The position numbers were made by a program, and so were the translations under genes. From a virus (Duplodnaviria > Caudoviricetes), in IMG/VR virus record IMGVR_UViG_3300039208_000699, positions 1-27,965 of that record: a DNA stretch of 27,965 bases; one strand, 5' to 3'. The notes beneath the pieces were generated by a model. The model did not search any database and was not told the DNA's origin. It worked only from the letters and a program-made list of their open reading frames with translations. Shown here in pieces: positions 1 through 9,283 of this stretch; positions within the stretch are counted from its first letter, which is position 1, and the number at the start of each line of letters is the position of its first letter.

Positions 1-17
1 GTTTCCCAGTCACGATC
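1..17 (+). other. Random-amplification (Round A/B, SISPA-type) primer sequence; library artefact
   Basis: GTTTCCCAGTCACGATC matches the widely used Round B primer; its exact reverse complement is at 27949-27965; genes at both ends are cut off. Confidence 0.9.
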
Positions 18-18
18 G

Positions 19-336
19 ATTATTTATTTTCATTTTGATCAAGCATCAGTGCGCTTTGATATGCAGTATCAACTAGATAATTTTATAGAACAAGTAAGGT
101 CAAAAGGAGCTTATGTTATAATTGAAGGACATTGTGACGAACGAGGTTCTATTGAATATAATCAAGAATTAGGGCAACGTCGTGCTAATTCAGTTAGAGA
201 TTTGATGATAAAACGTGGGATACCAGGATACAAACTTACTGCTATATCCAAAGGGGAGCTTGAACCAGTTGATTTTAATAAAACTGAAGTAGCTTATGCA
301 AAGAATAGAAGAGTTGTTTTTGAAGTGAGTCAATAA
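19..336 (+). CDS. OmpA-C/Pal-like peptidoglycan-binding domain protein (5' truncated)
   Basis: Frame is open from the primer (IIYFHFDQASV...); motifs IEGHCDERGSxEYNxxLGQRRA and AKNRRV are typical of Pal. Confidence 0.88.
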   Translation: MIYFHFDQASVRFDMQYQLDNFIEQVRSKGAYVIIEGHCDERGSIEYNQELGQRRANSVRDLMIKRGIPGYKLTAISKGELEPVDFNKTEVAYAKNRRVVFEVSQ

Positions 337-337
337 C

Positions 338-682
338 ATGTTAATTGGTAATTTTCATATACCTATATCAGTCATCGAAAAAACACCGGAATTAGTCAAA
401 GCTGTTTTTAGGGAATTAGATTGTATTATAATCCGTGCGGAGAGTACTTATTATAATATGCAAATTCACTATCAAGCAATATGTGATAAATTTCGTCCAA
501 TTAAAATGGAACCTGTTCCTTGGTATAATCTGATTGTAGTAGAAACTGAAAATCATGAGTTTGTGTCGTTGGATGTTAAAGAAATTAAAAAAGATGAAAT
601 TAACTATTTTCGTATATTATCGGTAGAATCAAACCAGGAGACACCATATTCCACAATGGAAGAAGATTTGTCAAAAGCGTGA
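338..682 (+). CDS. Hypothetical phage protein
   Basis: 114-aa ORF starting 1 nt after the upstream stop. Confidence 0.6.
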   Translation: MLIGNFHIPISVIEKTPELVKAVFRELDCIIIRAESTYYNMQIHYQAICDKFRPIKMEPVPWYNLIVVETENHEFVSLDVKEIKKDEINYFRILSVESNQETPYSTMEEDLSKA

Positions 683-723
683 CGGTCGTATAAGAAATTA
701 ATCAATTTACTTAATTATGGTAT

Positions 724-1014
724 ATGAGACATAAAATAAACCTTAAAACAAACGTAATTATTGGATTCAAAGAACGTTTACTTCTTTTGTTTGGTCGAAA
801 AATGGTAATTACGTCCGTTGTATTACTTGAAAAGCATCCAGGGGATATAGATGCAAACACGAAAATAAGACTTTTAGGTAAAAATGAGCCGGATTATACA
901 GAACAAGTTCAAAGATGCGAAGGTAAAGAAGTGCAATCCCGAAATAATAAAAGAATTATTGAAACGCCGGAGTTTAACCCCCAAAATGGTGGCCAAAGCT
1001 TTTCTCGGAACTGA
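724..1014 (+). CDS. Hypothetical protein
   Basis: 96-aa ORF; overlaps the next ORF by about 130 nt, so the 3' part is uncertain. Confidence 0.4.
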   Translation: MRHKINLKTNVIIGFKERLLLLFGRKMVITSVVLLEKHPGDIDANTKIRLLGKNEPDYTEQVQRCEGKEVQSRNNKRIIETPEFNPQNGGQSFSRN

Positions 1015-1345
1015 GAAACCAAGTGTTGATTTGGTTAAAAAGTGGATTCAAAATGGTCGTATTCATGAGAAGTGGATACCCCAACTTTGCGCAATTCTCG
1101 CTGTTTCAGAAAAAATGATTACAGGGGATGCGGTTATTTTGGTTATGATTGGAGCCGAATACCAGGTTGTCCACGATTTATTAACACAATCAATAGAAAC
1201 TCAAAGTCCGGACGAAGATAAAAAATGGACGGTAAAAGCATCTGTTTTGACCAGGTTAAAAAAACAAATGTCATATCGTAGACGTAGCTTTGATAATCGT
1301 CCTACCAGGGAGAACGGAGGTAAATTTTTAAGGACTAAAAAATGA
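884..1345 (+). CDS. Putative XRE/Cro-like HTH DNA-binding protein
   Basis: IKELLKRRSLTPKMVAKAF...SVDLVKKWIQNGRI...IPQLCAILAVSEKMI follows the XRE helix pattern. Confidence 0.6.
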   Translation: MSRIIQNKFKDAKVKKCNPEIIKELLKRRSLTPKMVAKAFLGTEKPSVDLVKKWIQNGRIHEKWIPQLCAILAVSEKMITGDAVILVMIGAEYQVVHDLLTQSIETQSPDEDKKWTVKASVLTRLKKQMSYRRRSFDNRPTRENGGKFLRTKK

Positions 1346-1875
1346 CCCCAGATCAATGTTATCGTAGATATTTAAGGCAAATTAACGGGACTATTTCAAT
1401 TATAGATGTAGTAAGTATGTACCCGTGTGGAGTTTATTATAAACAATCAGATATTGAAGGTTATATTTCTAAGGTGGAGTGTAACCTTAATAAATTCAGG
1501 GTGGTTATCTATGAGTCAATCAAAAATTTAAATAGAGTTGAAGTCCATGGACCTAAAGGTGTTTATTTATTAGAAGACTGTGACCGCCCAATTGAGAAAT
1601 GGATTTTTAGTCGTATAGGTAATACCACAAAAACATTCCATTTAGCAGACATGGGGTCACTTGAAGATTTGTGGTCAATTAGAGAATTTTTTAAAAGTAC
1701 CAAAAACACAGTTATTTATGCGGGCTTTTATCCAACAAACAAAATGTATATTAGATTACATAAACCCACACCTTGTTTATTCTGTGATACGCTATTAAAA
1801 ATCGGTAAATATGCTAGCGCTGAATTAAAACCCGTTTGCGAATCTTGTGGTAGTTTTATTTTTTTGGATAATTAA
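1342..1875 (+). CDS. Hypothetical protein with C-terminal zinc ribbon
   Basis: ATGA overlap with upstream gene; CLFC...CESC near the C-terminus. Confidence 0.6.
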   Translation: MTPDQCYRRYLRQINGTISIIDVVSMYPCGVYYKQSDIEGYISKVECNLNKFRVVIYESIKNLNRVEVHGPKGVYLLEDCDRPIEKWIFSRIGNTTKTFHLADMGSLEDLWSIREFFKSTKNTVIYAGFYPTNKMYIRLHKPTPCLFCDTLLKIGKYASAELKPVCESCGSFIFLDN

Positions 1876-2201
1876 TCTTTAAGTAAACAATTGATTCTTG
1901 CTAAAACATATTCATTTGCTTGAACAGCACTTGCTCCCGATGGGGTTAATTCTAAAATATATTGTTTTACATCAAGTAAAACCTGTTTAATATCAAATTC
2001 TGTAATCTCAAGGGCGCGAGCTTTACCCGTCATTGAGATTTTACCCTTCCTTTGCAGTAACCTCAAGGTATCCCATATCGCTTTATAAGTTACTCCCATA
2101 TAAATTTCCATTTCCTGGACGTTCGGTTGATATCCGTGTTTAAGCGTATAATCTTTGATAAAACTCAGTAGTTTTTTTTGGTTCTCTGTAATTTCCTTCA
2201 T
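1872..2201 (-). CDS. LexA N-terminal (winged-HTH) domain repressor-like protein without the peptidase domain
   Basis: ITENQKKLLSFIKDY..KHGYQPNVQEM...G...AIWDTLRLLQRKGKI...GKARALEI matches the LexA DNA-binding domain; AGGAG RBS (complement of 2211-2215). Confidence 0.82.
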   Translation of the reverse strand: MKEITENQKKLLSFIKDYTLKHGYQPNVQEMEIYMGVTYKAIWDTLRLLQRKGKISMTGKARALEITEFDIKQVLLDVKQYILELTPSGASAVQANEYVLARINCLLKD

Positions 2202-2223
2202 GATGTTTTTCTCCTAAAGATGA

Positions 2224-2258
2224 TTGACAGAAGGCTTAAAATAATAATATTATAAGCC
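2224..2258 (+). promoter_or_regulatory. Candidate sigma70 promoter overlapped by a palindromic operator
   Basis: TTGACA (2224-2229), 18 nt, TATTAT (2248-2253); inverted repeat GGCTTA.AATA-n4-TATT.TAAGCC (2233-2258). Confidence 0.5.
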
Positions 2259-2364
2259 ATAAAAATACTAAAAACAACTAATAATGTACCTTTTTGATTG
2301 CTTCTAATTTCTATCCTACTTATCACTATATTACCACCAAAAAAACTTGTAGTTAGGATGAAAT

Positions 2365-3018
2365 ATGAAAAATACAGAGTTGTCACAAAAAGTAATTAGT
2401 CAAGATAAGATTATAAAAGCGTTAAAAAATGAACTTTTTGTTGCTCAAGATATACGCGATAGACTATCGAATTTTGAAATAGTAACCTCTCAATCCTTAA
2501 AAGGCTGTGCCCGCCTATCAACTTCACATAAAGCTATTATAAAAACAGTTCTTCAAGAAGATATTTATAGCGGTATAAATTTTAACGAAGCAGTACAAAT
2601 TTTATACCGTGCAGCTATAGCAACTAACCTTGCTTTTATTTGTTCTCAAATTAAAATAGATCCAGGACTTGCTTACGATTTTATTACAGAAGATGCTATT
2701 GTACCGGTATTAGCTAAACTTCGTAACGATTTTGCTACTGTTTCAAAGGCAATGTTTCCAGTTGCTACAAAATCTGGTCGTGTTATGTATTTACAGGCGT
2801 CGGTTGAGTTAGCATTCCAGGCGGGGGATTTAAAATCAGCATTAAAAGCTATTGAAATGATGCAAAATATAGATGAGCCTCGGTCTTTACCTACAGAAGG
2901 GGATGGAACTATTTTAAATTTAGTTCAAGCTTTTGTGAAAATTGATAAAGATGGTAGTTGGTTAAATAAACGAGAAGCTATAAATAATGCACAAAAAGCC
3001 TTACCTGATAGAGACTGA
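2365..3018 (+). CDS. Putative terminase small subunit
   Basis: Lies two genes upstream of TerL; helical; C-terminal AFQAGDLKSALKAIEMM resembles TerS oligomerisation helices. Confidence 0.5.
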   Translation: MKNTELSQKVISQDKIIKALKNELFVAQDIRDRLSNFEIVTSQSLKGCARLSTSHKAIIKTVLQEDIYSGINFNEAVQILYRAAIATNLAFICSQIKIDPGLAYDFITEDAIVPVLAKLRNDFATVSKAMFPVATKSGRVMYLQASVELAFQAGDLKSALKAIEMMQNIDEPRSLPTEGDGTILNLVQAFVKIDKDGSWLNKREAINNAQKALPDRD

Positions 3019-3295
3019 CGCTGAATTTGCTTTCCATTGGAATGCAATGCTGCTAAGTAAACGGATATTGAAAGTTCCAAAAGAGTTTGCTTTGACAGTA
3101 GCTAATGACAAAGCGCCTGCAACTTGTGATCATTATTTCATAGCACAAGTTCATTGTTCGGTTTGCGGTGAAAATCATATATCTGCATGGCCTGTGAATA
3201 TGGAGGCTTCTGATGATGAGCAAGAATGCGTTTCTTGTGAGAATTTTACCTGTGCTCCCAAATCTGAAATATATCAAGAGATTTATTGGTCGTGA
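2987..3295 (+). CDS. Small zinc-finger-like protein
   Basis: CSVC...CVSC pairs; stop overlaps a GTG of TerL (GTGA). Confidence 0.55.
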   Translation: MHKKPYLIETDAEFAFHWNAMLLSKRILKVPKEFALTVANDKAPATCDHYFIAQVHCSVCGENHISAWPVNMEASDDEQECVSCENFTCAPKSEIYQEIYWS

Positions 3296-6093
3296 ATATA
3301 CCTTTTAATGAAAATGAGTTTGCACCAAATCTTGCAGAGGGGTATGACGATAATTATGTTGCGGCCATGGCTGAGTTACAAGAAAATTTTCTTAGTACAG
3401 GTGGTGATGCAGCGTGGCGAAAGCGAAAATTATATCATATAGTAGATAAGAATGAAGGTAAAACGATCCTGTTTAATGATAACAGGGTTCAAGATGATCT
3501 AAATAATCATGCTCATGAATGGTTAATTATTCTTAAAGCTCGCCAGTTTGGAGTTTCAACAAAGTATCTAATAGAAAATTTTGATGAAGTTCTTTGGAAT
3601 CCTAATACCTGGTGTGCAATTATAGCTCATGATCAAAGAACACTTGAAACTCTTTTTAGTAAAATTCGCTTTGCTTGGGATCGTTTGGACCCTAGCATTA
3701 AAGATAAATTGCCTCAACCAAGATCAGAATCAAAATATGAGCTTTATTGGCCAGAACTCAACTCTCGCATCTATGTCGCGCTTAAATGCCTTGGAGGAAC
3801 AAACCAAATTGTCCATTTCTCAGAAGACGCTCGAATTCCCGATAGTAGATATGCGGAGACTTTGGAAACCGTCCCAAAAACGGGTAGAGTGGTTCGTGAA
3901 TCCACTCCCACAGAAATTAACACCAGATTTCACCGAGATTACTTAGACGGTAAAAAGCAAAAGAACGGTTTTGTTTCAAAGTTTTATCCTTGGTGGTGGG
4001 GAAATGATTATCAACTTCCTGTTACGACAGTTAAAGAAAGTAATTTATCGGCTCCGGAATTAGCTTTAATAGAGAATTATGAACTTACCTATGAACAGAT
4101 TGAATGGCGTAGGTGGAAATGGAAAAATCTTGAGCAATCTGATGGTTCAAATTTGTTTCCTCGTGAATATCCAGAAGATGATATTACATGTCTGTGTGCA
4201 ACAACTAGGGTAGGGACTAGTAAAGGTATTGTCCAGATTAAGGATGTAGAAGTTGGTTCTAAATGTGATCATGGCATTATCGTCAATAAAATGTATAGAG
4301 GTAAAAAAGCTGTTTATGACGTAATTACTAAAAACGGGTACTGTTTAAGAGCAACTGGTGATCATCTATTAGCAAAAGAAGACGATAATTTTATCCAAGT
4401 TGCTGAATCTAACGGAAACCGAATAAAATTACAAAAGCCTGTAACAGCGGATATCCAACATATAGCTAAATGGAAAGGATTTGGAGGTGTAAATCATGGG
4501 CTTCGAATAGCACAAGAATGGGGTTCTTTTATTGGTTTTTTTATGGGGGACGGTAGTTTTGGTGGAGACACCCTTGATTTCGCTTTTGACGCACGGGACA
4601 AAGACTTAGTCGTTTATATAAAGGATTTGGTTTTAGATTTATTTAATACTGATTTAAGGTTACGTTCTTCTGGAACTAAGAACGGTGGGATTAATGGTAG
4701 GTCTACCAACAAAAGATATTCCGATATTTTCCTAAATTTAGGAATGATACAAAGGAATGGAGAATGGAGGGGACTAAATGACTACAAAAGAAAGGTTTGC
4801 GTCCCTGAGTGTATTTGGCGTAGCCCCAAATCTGTAATAAAACAGTTTCTAAGATTTCTATTTGAAGCTGACGGTTGGACAAATCCTGAACATCGTTATG
4901 TAAAATTCTTTAGTAAGTACTTAGACTTCATGAGAGATGTTCAAAAGCTGTTGTTAGTCTTCGATATAGGAAGTAGAATTCGCCCAGTAATACGGAAATT
5001 AAATGGCAAAGAGTATCCTGGACATGAATTAGTGATGAATGTGCGAGATTCTATCCTTTATATGAAAGAGATAGGATTTTTTACAGAAAGAAAATCAAAT
5101 GGATGGGATTTAGAAAAAAAGATAGGTAAGAATGCCAAAGAGTTCCATGTAATAGACGAAGTAGTTGAAATAACTCCAGCCGGAGTTGAAGATGTTTGGG
5201 ATTTAGAGATAGACGGGGATCCTGTATTCGGGGCGGACGGTCTATTAGTTCATAACTGTTTTTTGAGTTCCGGAGACGCAGCTTTTGACCAGGATTATTT
5301 ACAATGGTATCATGGATGGTTGCAGAATAATGCGAAAGCTAAAGCGTATGTTAAAGGTTATGTGGGTGAGGCAGCTAACGGTCGTATAATTTTTCGTGAG
5401 GGAGAAAATGGACCATTAAAAATTCACGAACCTCCTAAAGCTGGAGTTGAATATTGCGCAGGTGTTGATGTTTCCATGGGGTATGAAACCAGTGATTGGC
5501 AGACGATTCAAATATTGAGGCGTGATAATGATTATCAATGTGCTGAGTACCGGATTAAGACAGATATATCCCTTTTTTCTAAAGACGTGGAATTCCTTTG
5601 TAAATTCTATAATGAGGCATTTGTTAATCCGGAACGTAATAGTATGGGTGAAGTCGTTATTCGACACCTTTTACTTAACTACGAAAATTCTCATATCTAT
5701 GCAGAAGATGATCCTATTAAGGTCCGGAAATCAAGAATTACGAAATATGGGTATTGGTCAGGTGTGCGTTATAAACAGGCGCTTGTTGCATTAATTCAAG
5801 CGTATTTAAACGGGGACGAAGGTTTTATTTTTAGTGTGGAACTTATTGAGGAAATGATGTCATATCAAAAACATAATCTCCGTACTGTTAGTCATGGCAC
5901 TAGGGATGTAGGATTTTCCGGAAAAAAACATGATGATTTAATAATGGGATTTGGGTTAGCCTTGGAACATAATAGAGTTTTACCGACATTCCATAGACCT
6001 AAAACTGACTATGTTAGTATTTATCATGCAATCGCTAAAGCTAGACGAAAAAATCAAAGGTCAAAACGTCCTAAAAACGCTATGTGTTATTAA
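3286..6093 (+). CDS. terL: Terminase large subunit, intein-containing (about 579 aa after splicing; start may be GTG 3292)
   Basis: ATPase motifs ILKARQFGVST, VHFSE, ESTP; nuclease motifs GVDVSMG, NPERNSMG, HDDLIMGFGLA. Confidence 0.93.
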   Translation: MVVNIPFNENEFAPNLAEGYDDNYVAAMAELQENFLSTGGDAAWRKRKLYHIVDKNEGKTILFNDNRVQDDLNNHAHEWLIILKARQFGVSTKYLIENFDEVLWNPNTWCAIIAHDQRTLETLFSKIRFAWDRLDPSIKDKLPQPRSESKYELYWPELNSRIYVALKCLGGTNQIVHFSEDARIPDSRYAETLETVPKTGRVVRESTPTEINTRFHRDYLDGKKQKNGFVSKFYPWWWGNDYQLPVTTVKESNLSAPELALIENYELTYEQIEWRRWKWKNLEQSDGSNLFPREYPEDDITCLCATTRVGTSKGIVQIKDVEVGSKCDHGIIVNKMYRGKKAVYDVITKNGYCLRATGDHLLAKEDDNFIQVAESNGNRIKLQKPVTADIQHIAKWKGFGGVNHGLRIAQEWGSFIGFFMGDGSFGGDTLDFAFDARDKDLVVYIKDLVLDLFNTDLRLRSSGTKNGGINGRSTNKRYSDIFLNLGMIQRNGEWRGLNDYKRKVCVPECIWRSPKSVIKQFLRFLFEADGWTNPEHRYVKFFSKYLDFMRDVQKLLLVFDIGSRIRPVIRKLNGKEYPGHELVMNVRDSILYMKEIGFFTERKSNGWDLEKKIGKNAKEFHVIDEVVEITPAGVEDVWDLEIDGDPVFGADGLLVHNCFLSSGDAAFDQDYLQWYHGWLQNNAKAKAYVKGYVGEAANGRIIFREGENGPLKIHEPPKAGVEYCAGVDVSMGYETSDWQTIQILRRDNDYQCAEYRIKTDISLFSKDVEFLCKFYNEAFVNPERNSMGEVVIRHLLLNYENSHIYAEDDPIKVRKSRITKYGYWSGVRYKQALVALIQAYLNGDEGFIFSVELIEEMMSYQKHNLRTVSHGTRDVGFSGKKHDDLIMGFGLALEHNRVLPTFHRPKTDYVSIYHAIAKARRKNQRSKRPKNAMCY
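4189..5256 (+). mobile_element. Intein (356 aa) with LAGLIDADG homing endonuclease
   Basis: Starts CLCATTRV, block B ATGDHLL, LAGLIDADG motifs FIGFFMGDGS and FLRFLFEADG, ends VWDLEI...GLLVHN before extein Cys; removal gives REYPEDDIT|CFLSSG. Confidence 0.93.
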
Positions 6094-6148
6094 AGAATAA
6101 GGGAAAATAATATGCCATATCCTCCAAGAAAGTAAGGATAAAATTATT

Positions 6149-6358
6149 ATGGAAAGACCGTTAGTAATACATCCGTCACCTATACAAGATGATGATACTG
6201 TTTTTGATGAATTAGAATCTAATATGATTCCAGAAGAAACAATTGAAAAAATTAAGAAAATAGCTTTAAGTACTATGAAACCGGAATACGATTATATTGC
6301 GGAAGTGTCTGTTTTTGATGATGAGATTATAATCGAGGTAAAAAATGCCAACGGATAA
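6149..6358 (+). CDS. Small acidic hypothetical protein
   Basis: 69-aa ORF with TAAGGA RBS, overlapping the portal start. Confidence 0.55.
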   Translation: MERPLVIHPSPIQDDDTVFDELESNMIPEETIEKIKKIALSTMKPEYDYIAEVSVFDDEIIIEVKNANG

Positions 6359-8411
6359 CATATCGACTCCTTTAGTTCTTGATATGATGAACGGACGACA
6401 TAATGTCACCGTTCATAACACTGTTGAGGCAGAGGCAAAAGTTCCTGTACGAGATTTAAGTCAGAGGCAGAGGATTATACATACAGAAAATCAATTGATT
6501 TACGCTGTTCAAAGATGGTCCCCTAATTTGATCCATGTCCGTGACGCTCGTCGTGCCTATTTATCTGACGCATGGGACCCTGAAACTAAACGAGAAAGAG
6601 ATTCTCAAAGATTACCATCGACAGAGGATAATATTTTTGCTGAAAAAGTTGATATCCTCACAGGTATGGAAAAGGATAATCGTAGAGATTTATTACTTGA
6701 TGCAAAAGGACGTGACGATGAAAAACGTGCAGACATTTTCAATGCCATACTTCAAGATACAGCAGCAACCAATGATGATGACATCAATGAAGTTTTTCAA
6801 TATTTCCGTAATGGAGTTATGGTTTCCCGTGAACATAGAGAGTATCAATGGGATGAAGACAGAGATTTTCTTGGTGAATTAAGAGCAGTTTATCGCCCTG
6901 CAGATGAAGTATTGATTGACCCTGATTGGACAACTTATGACGCTACTGTAAATACAAACGCTCGATACCGTATTCATATGCAGTGGGTTCGACCCGATGA
7001 GTTAAAAACAATGTTTGCTCATAAAAATATTGATTGGGTTCAATTAGATGCGGTTCCGCCTAAATCTAAAGGTGGATATGATGAATATAGTAATGTTATG
7101 GTCGAGAATGAGGACGATAATTACGCATTTCCAAGTTCACGACGTCCAGATCTTTTTTGGAAGGATCAAACTTTTATTCGATTAATAAGAATTTGGAGGT
7201 ATGAATGGCGACCGACATTTAGAGTTATTGATCTGGCGGCCAACGATCCAGATAAAGTTTTTATTGGCGATTTTATGAGTCAAGGGGAAGTTGATGTTTT
7301 ACGCGCTCAATTTATTCTTGAGAATCGGGATGTTCGAGGTTTAACTGTCCGAAAATTAAATACAAGACGTTGTAGTTACCAGGTAACGTCAGGTAATATG
7401 GAATTGGAATGGAAACACGATATTGGTAAATACTGGCCTTGGGATGACTTTTTTTCTATTTATGTTAATGGACGTACTGTAGGTTTTTGGAATAGAATTT
7501 CAGATCCTCAAAAATGGTTAAATTTTATAAACTCTAAATTGGTTGAGAGAGTAGGTCGATTAGGTCACCAGGTTACAGTTTGGAGGGAGGACTCGTTTGT
7601 TAACAATATTGATGTTGACACAATTATGCGGGATGGAGGTAAAATTGAAGTCAAAAAGCATGTGTGGGACAAAACTCCGAATGGTCAGCAGCCGTTCCAT
7701 ACGGTCAGGGATCCAAGTCTTGAATCTATCGGACCCCTTATCCAATGGCAATCTGCCATTAAAGATGCAGCGAAAGTTGCATCCAACATTGGTGATATCC
7801 AGTCGGGTAAAGCGCCAGGCTCTGTTAATGCCGCATCAGCGTTAGCTATTTTACAACAAGAAGCTGCTCGCGGATTGTCTGTTTTTGGGGCTAATATGTC
7901 CATGACTCGTAGAATAGGATCTTTTGTTAGATTGATGATGTATTATGAGCGTTGGAGAAAAGAGCCTAATGTTGTAAAAATGAAAGTTTATGCAATTTTA
8001 GATTCTGCTATGATGGATGAATCAAATCCGGATCTTCAGAATTTTTTAATTGATAAAATGCTACTTTCGTCTGGTTTTAATATTGATGATTTGATGCGTT
8101 CAATACCACAAGTAAAATCTAATTTTACAGAAACTAACAATTCGAATAATCTTTTAGTTAGAACTTTGAAGATGAATGAATTGACTTTGATGAGGCAGCA
8201 ATTTGGAATGCCGATTAATCCAATGATGTTGCCAGACCTTACATCATCTTTTTCTGCCAGAGAAAGAGCTTTATTACGTAAAGGCATTCAACAAGCACAA
8301 CAAAATCCAGCTTTAGACCCATCATCTTTCGGTAAAGCTGGTGGACAGGGTGCTCAAGGGTTAAATGCAGCGGCAGGGCAGATTGGTAATCCGTTACAAG
8401 GAGCATCGTGA
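6345..8411 (+). CDS. Portal protein (P22-like podovirus type)
   Basis: 688 aa after TerL; N-terminal W...R..RLP...N...KVD.LTGME pattern, DPQKWLNF..SK segment, SALAILQQEA helix, Gln/Gly-rich tail; GAGG RBS. Confidence 0.8.
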   Translation: MPTDNISTPLVLDMMNGRHNVTVHNTVEAEAKVPVRDLSQRQRIIHTENQLIYAVQRWSPNLIHVRDARRAYLSDAWDPETKRERDSQRLPSTEDNIFAEKVDILTGMEKDNRRDLLLDAKGRDDEKRADIFNAILQDTAATNDDDINEVFQYFRNGVMVSREHREYQWDEDRDFLGELRAVYRPADEVLIDPDWTTYDATVNTNARYRIHMQWVRPDELKTMFAHKNIDWVQLDAVPPKSKGGYDEYSNVMVENEDDNYAFPSSRRPDLFWKDQTFIRLIRIWRYEWRPTFRVIDLAANDPDKVFIGDFMSQGEVDVLRAQFILENRDVRGLTVRKLNTRRCSYQVTSGNMELEWKHDIGKYWPWDDFFSIYVNGRTVGFWNRISDPQKWLNFINSKLVERVGRLGHQVTVWREDSFVNNIDVDTIMRDGGKIEVKKHVWDKTPNGQQPFHTVRDPSLESIGPLIQWQSAIKDAAKVASNIGDIQSGKAPGSVNAASALAILQQEAARGLSVFGANMSMTRRIGSFVRLMMYYERWRKEPNVVKMKVYAILDSAMMDESNPDLQNFLIDKMLLSSGFNIDDLMRSIPQVKSNFTETNNSNNLLVRTLKMNELTLMRQQFGMPINPMMLPDLTSSFSARERALLRKGIQQAQQNPALDPSSFGKAGGQGAQGLNAAAGQIGNPLQGAS

Positions 8412-8812
8412 ACACGGACAAACTAAACATTCTCATTATTAATATAATAATGTTGTTTTATTGGGCTGGTTGTGTAAGTCGTGTGGAAGTGGCTAAACCA
8501 GAGTTACATCTCAGACCTGCACTCAGTCAAATAGTTCGTGGCGAGACCTTAGAATCATTAAGTAATACACGACCTATTCTTTTTTTTCAATCTTTCAGAG
8601 TTGTTAACAATAAGTATGTGCCAGATAATAGAATTAAAAATTATGATTTGAGATATTTTAATGAACAAAATCAACAAATACGTTCTATGTTATTATTAAA
8701 AGGAGTTACTCAACGTAAGATTGATTGTGTCAATTGTTACATAGAAGTTCGAGCAGTTACTGAACAATCAAAATCACAATGGAGTAGAATTTATGTCCCA
8801 ACAAACAGATAA
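8408..8812 (+). CDS. Putative lipoprotein with fibronectin-type-III-like domain
   Basis: Hydrophobic stretch followed by lipobox-like WAG-C22; YDLRY...YIEVRAV....SQWS resembles Fn3 strands. Confidence 0.55.
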   Translation: MNTDKLNILIINIIMLFYWAGCVSRVEVAKPELHLRPALSQIVRGETLESLSNTRPILFFQSFRVVNNKYVPDNRIKNYDLRYFNEQNQQIRSMLLLKGVTQRKIDCVNCYIEVRAVTEQSKSQWSRIYVPTNR

Positions 8813-8999
8813 TTGGAAAAATAGATCAATAGAAATGTTATGCAAAACCTGTTTGTATTATGTGCCTAAAAATGAAATAATTGGACGTTGTCGTTTTAAC
8901 CCACCAACTCTTAAAGGTTTTATTCCAGTATATCCCATAGATTGGTGTGGACAACATAGATTAAATGAACAAAAATTAAAGGAGAATGATCATGCCTAA
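8793..8999 (+). CDS. Small 4-Cys metal/Fe-S-binding protein (HiPIP-like spacing)
   Basis: CKTC...GRCRFNPP...PVYPIDWCGQH. Confidence 0.6.
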   Translation: MSQQTDNWKNRSIEMLCKTCLYYVPKNEIIGRCRFNPPTLKGFIPVYPIDWCGQHRLNEQKLKENDHA

Positions 9000-9279
9000 T
9001 AACAAGCAACACGATATCATTGGTAGCATTAATGATAAACCTGCTAAAAGAGAAGGTAACGTAAAAAATGACCTGGCAGTTAATGGGACAACCAAAGTTA
9101 ATGCCAAAGGTGAAGCAGCAACTTTGCAATTGGATTTTGATGTATTAAATCATCAGAAAAATCCATCAAATAGTAAAACATCACCTGGATTTAGTGACCC
9201 AAGTAAAGATAAGTCTATCTTAGGTAATATTAATCGTAAGATGGAACCAAATAACCAAAAAACATCGGTAACTGAATAA
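8986..9279 (+). CDS. Hypothetical protein
   Basis: 97-aa ORF with AAGGAG RBS; likely start at the second Met (MPNNK). Confidence 0.6.
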   Translation: MIMPNNKQHDIIGSINDKPAKREGNVKNDLAVNGTTKVNAKGEAATLQLDFDVLNHQKNPSNSKTSPGFSDPSKDKSILGNINRKMEPNNQKTSVTE

Positions 9280-9283
9280 CTTT

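Noticed and set aside
2198-2386. 62-aa hydrophobic minus-strand ORF as a holin or membrane protein
   Set aside because: AT-rich region containing the candidate promoter/operator and overlapping the terS start; hydrophobicity is explained by base composition, though it cannot be fully excluded
3053-8436. Short alternative-frame and antisense ORFs inside terL and portal
   Set aside because: Nested in well-supported long genes, with no recognisable motifs or RBS
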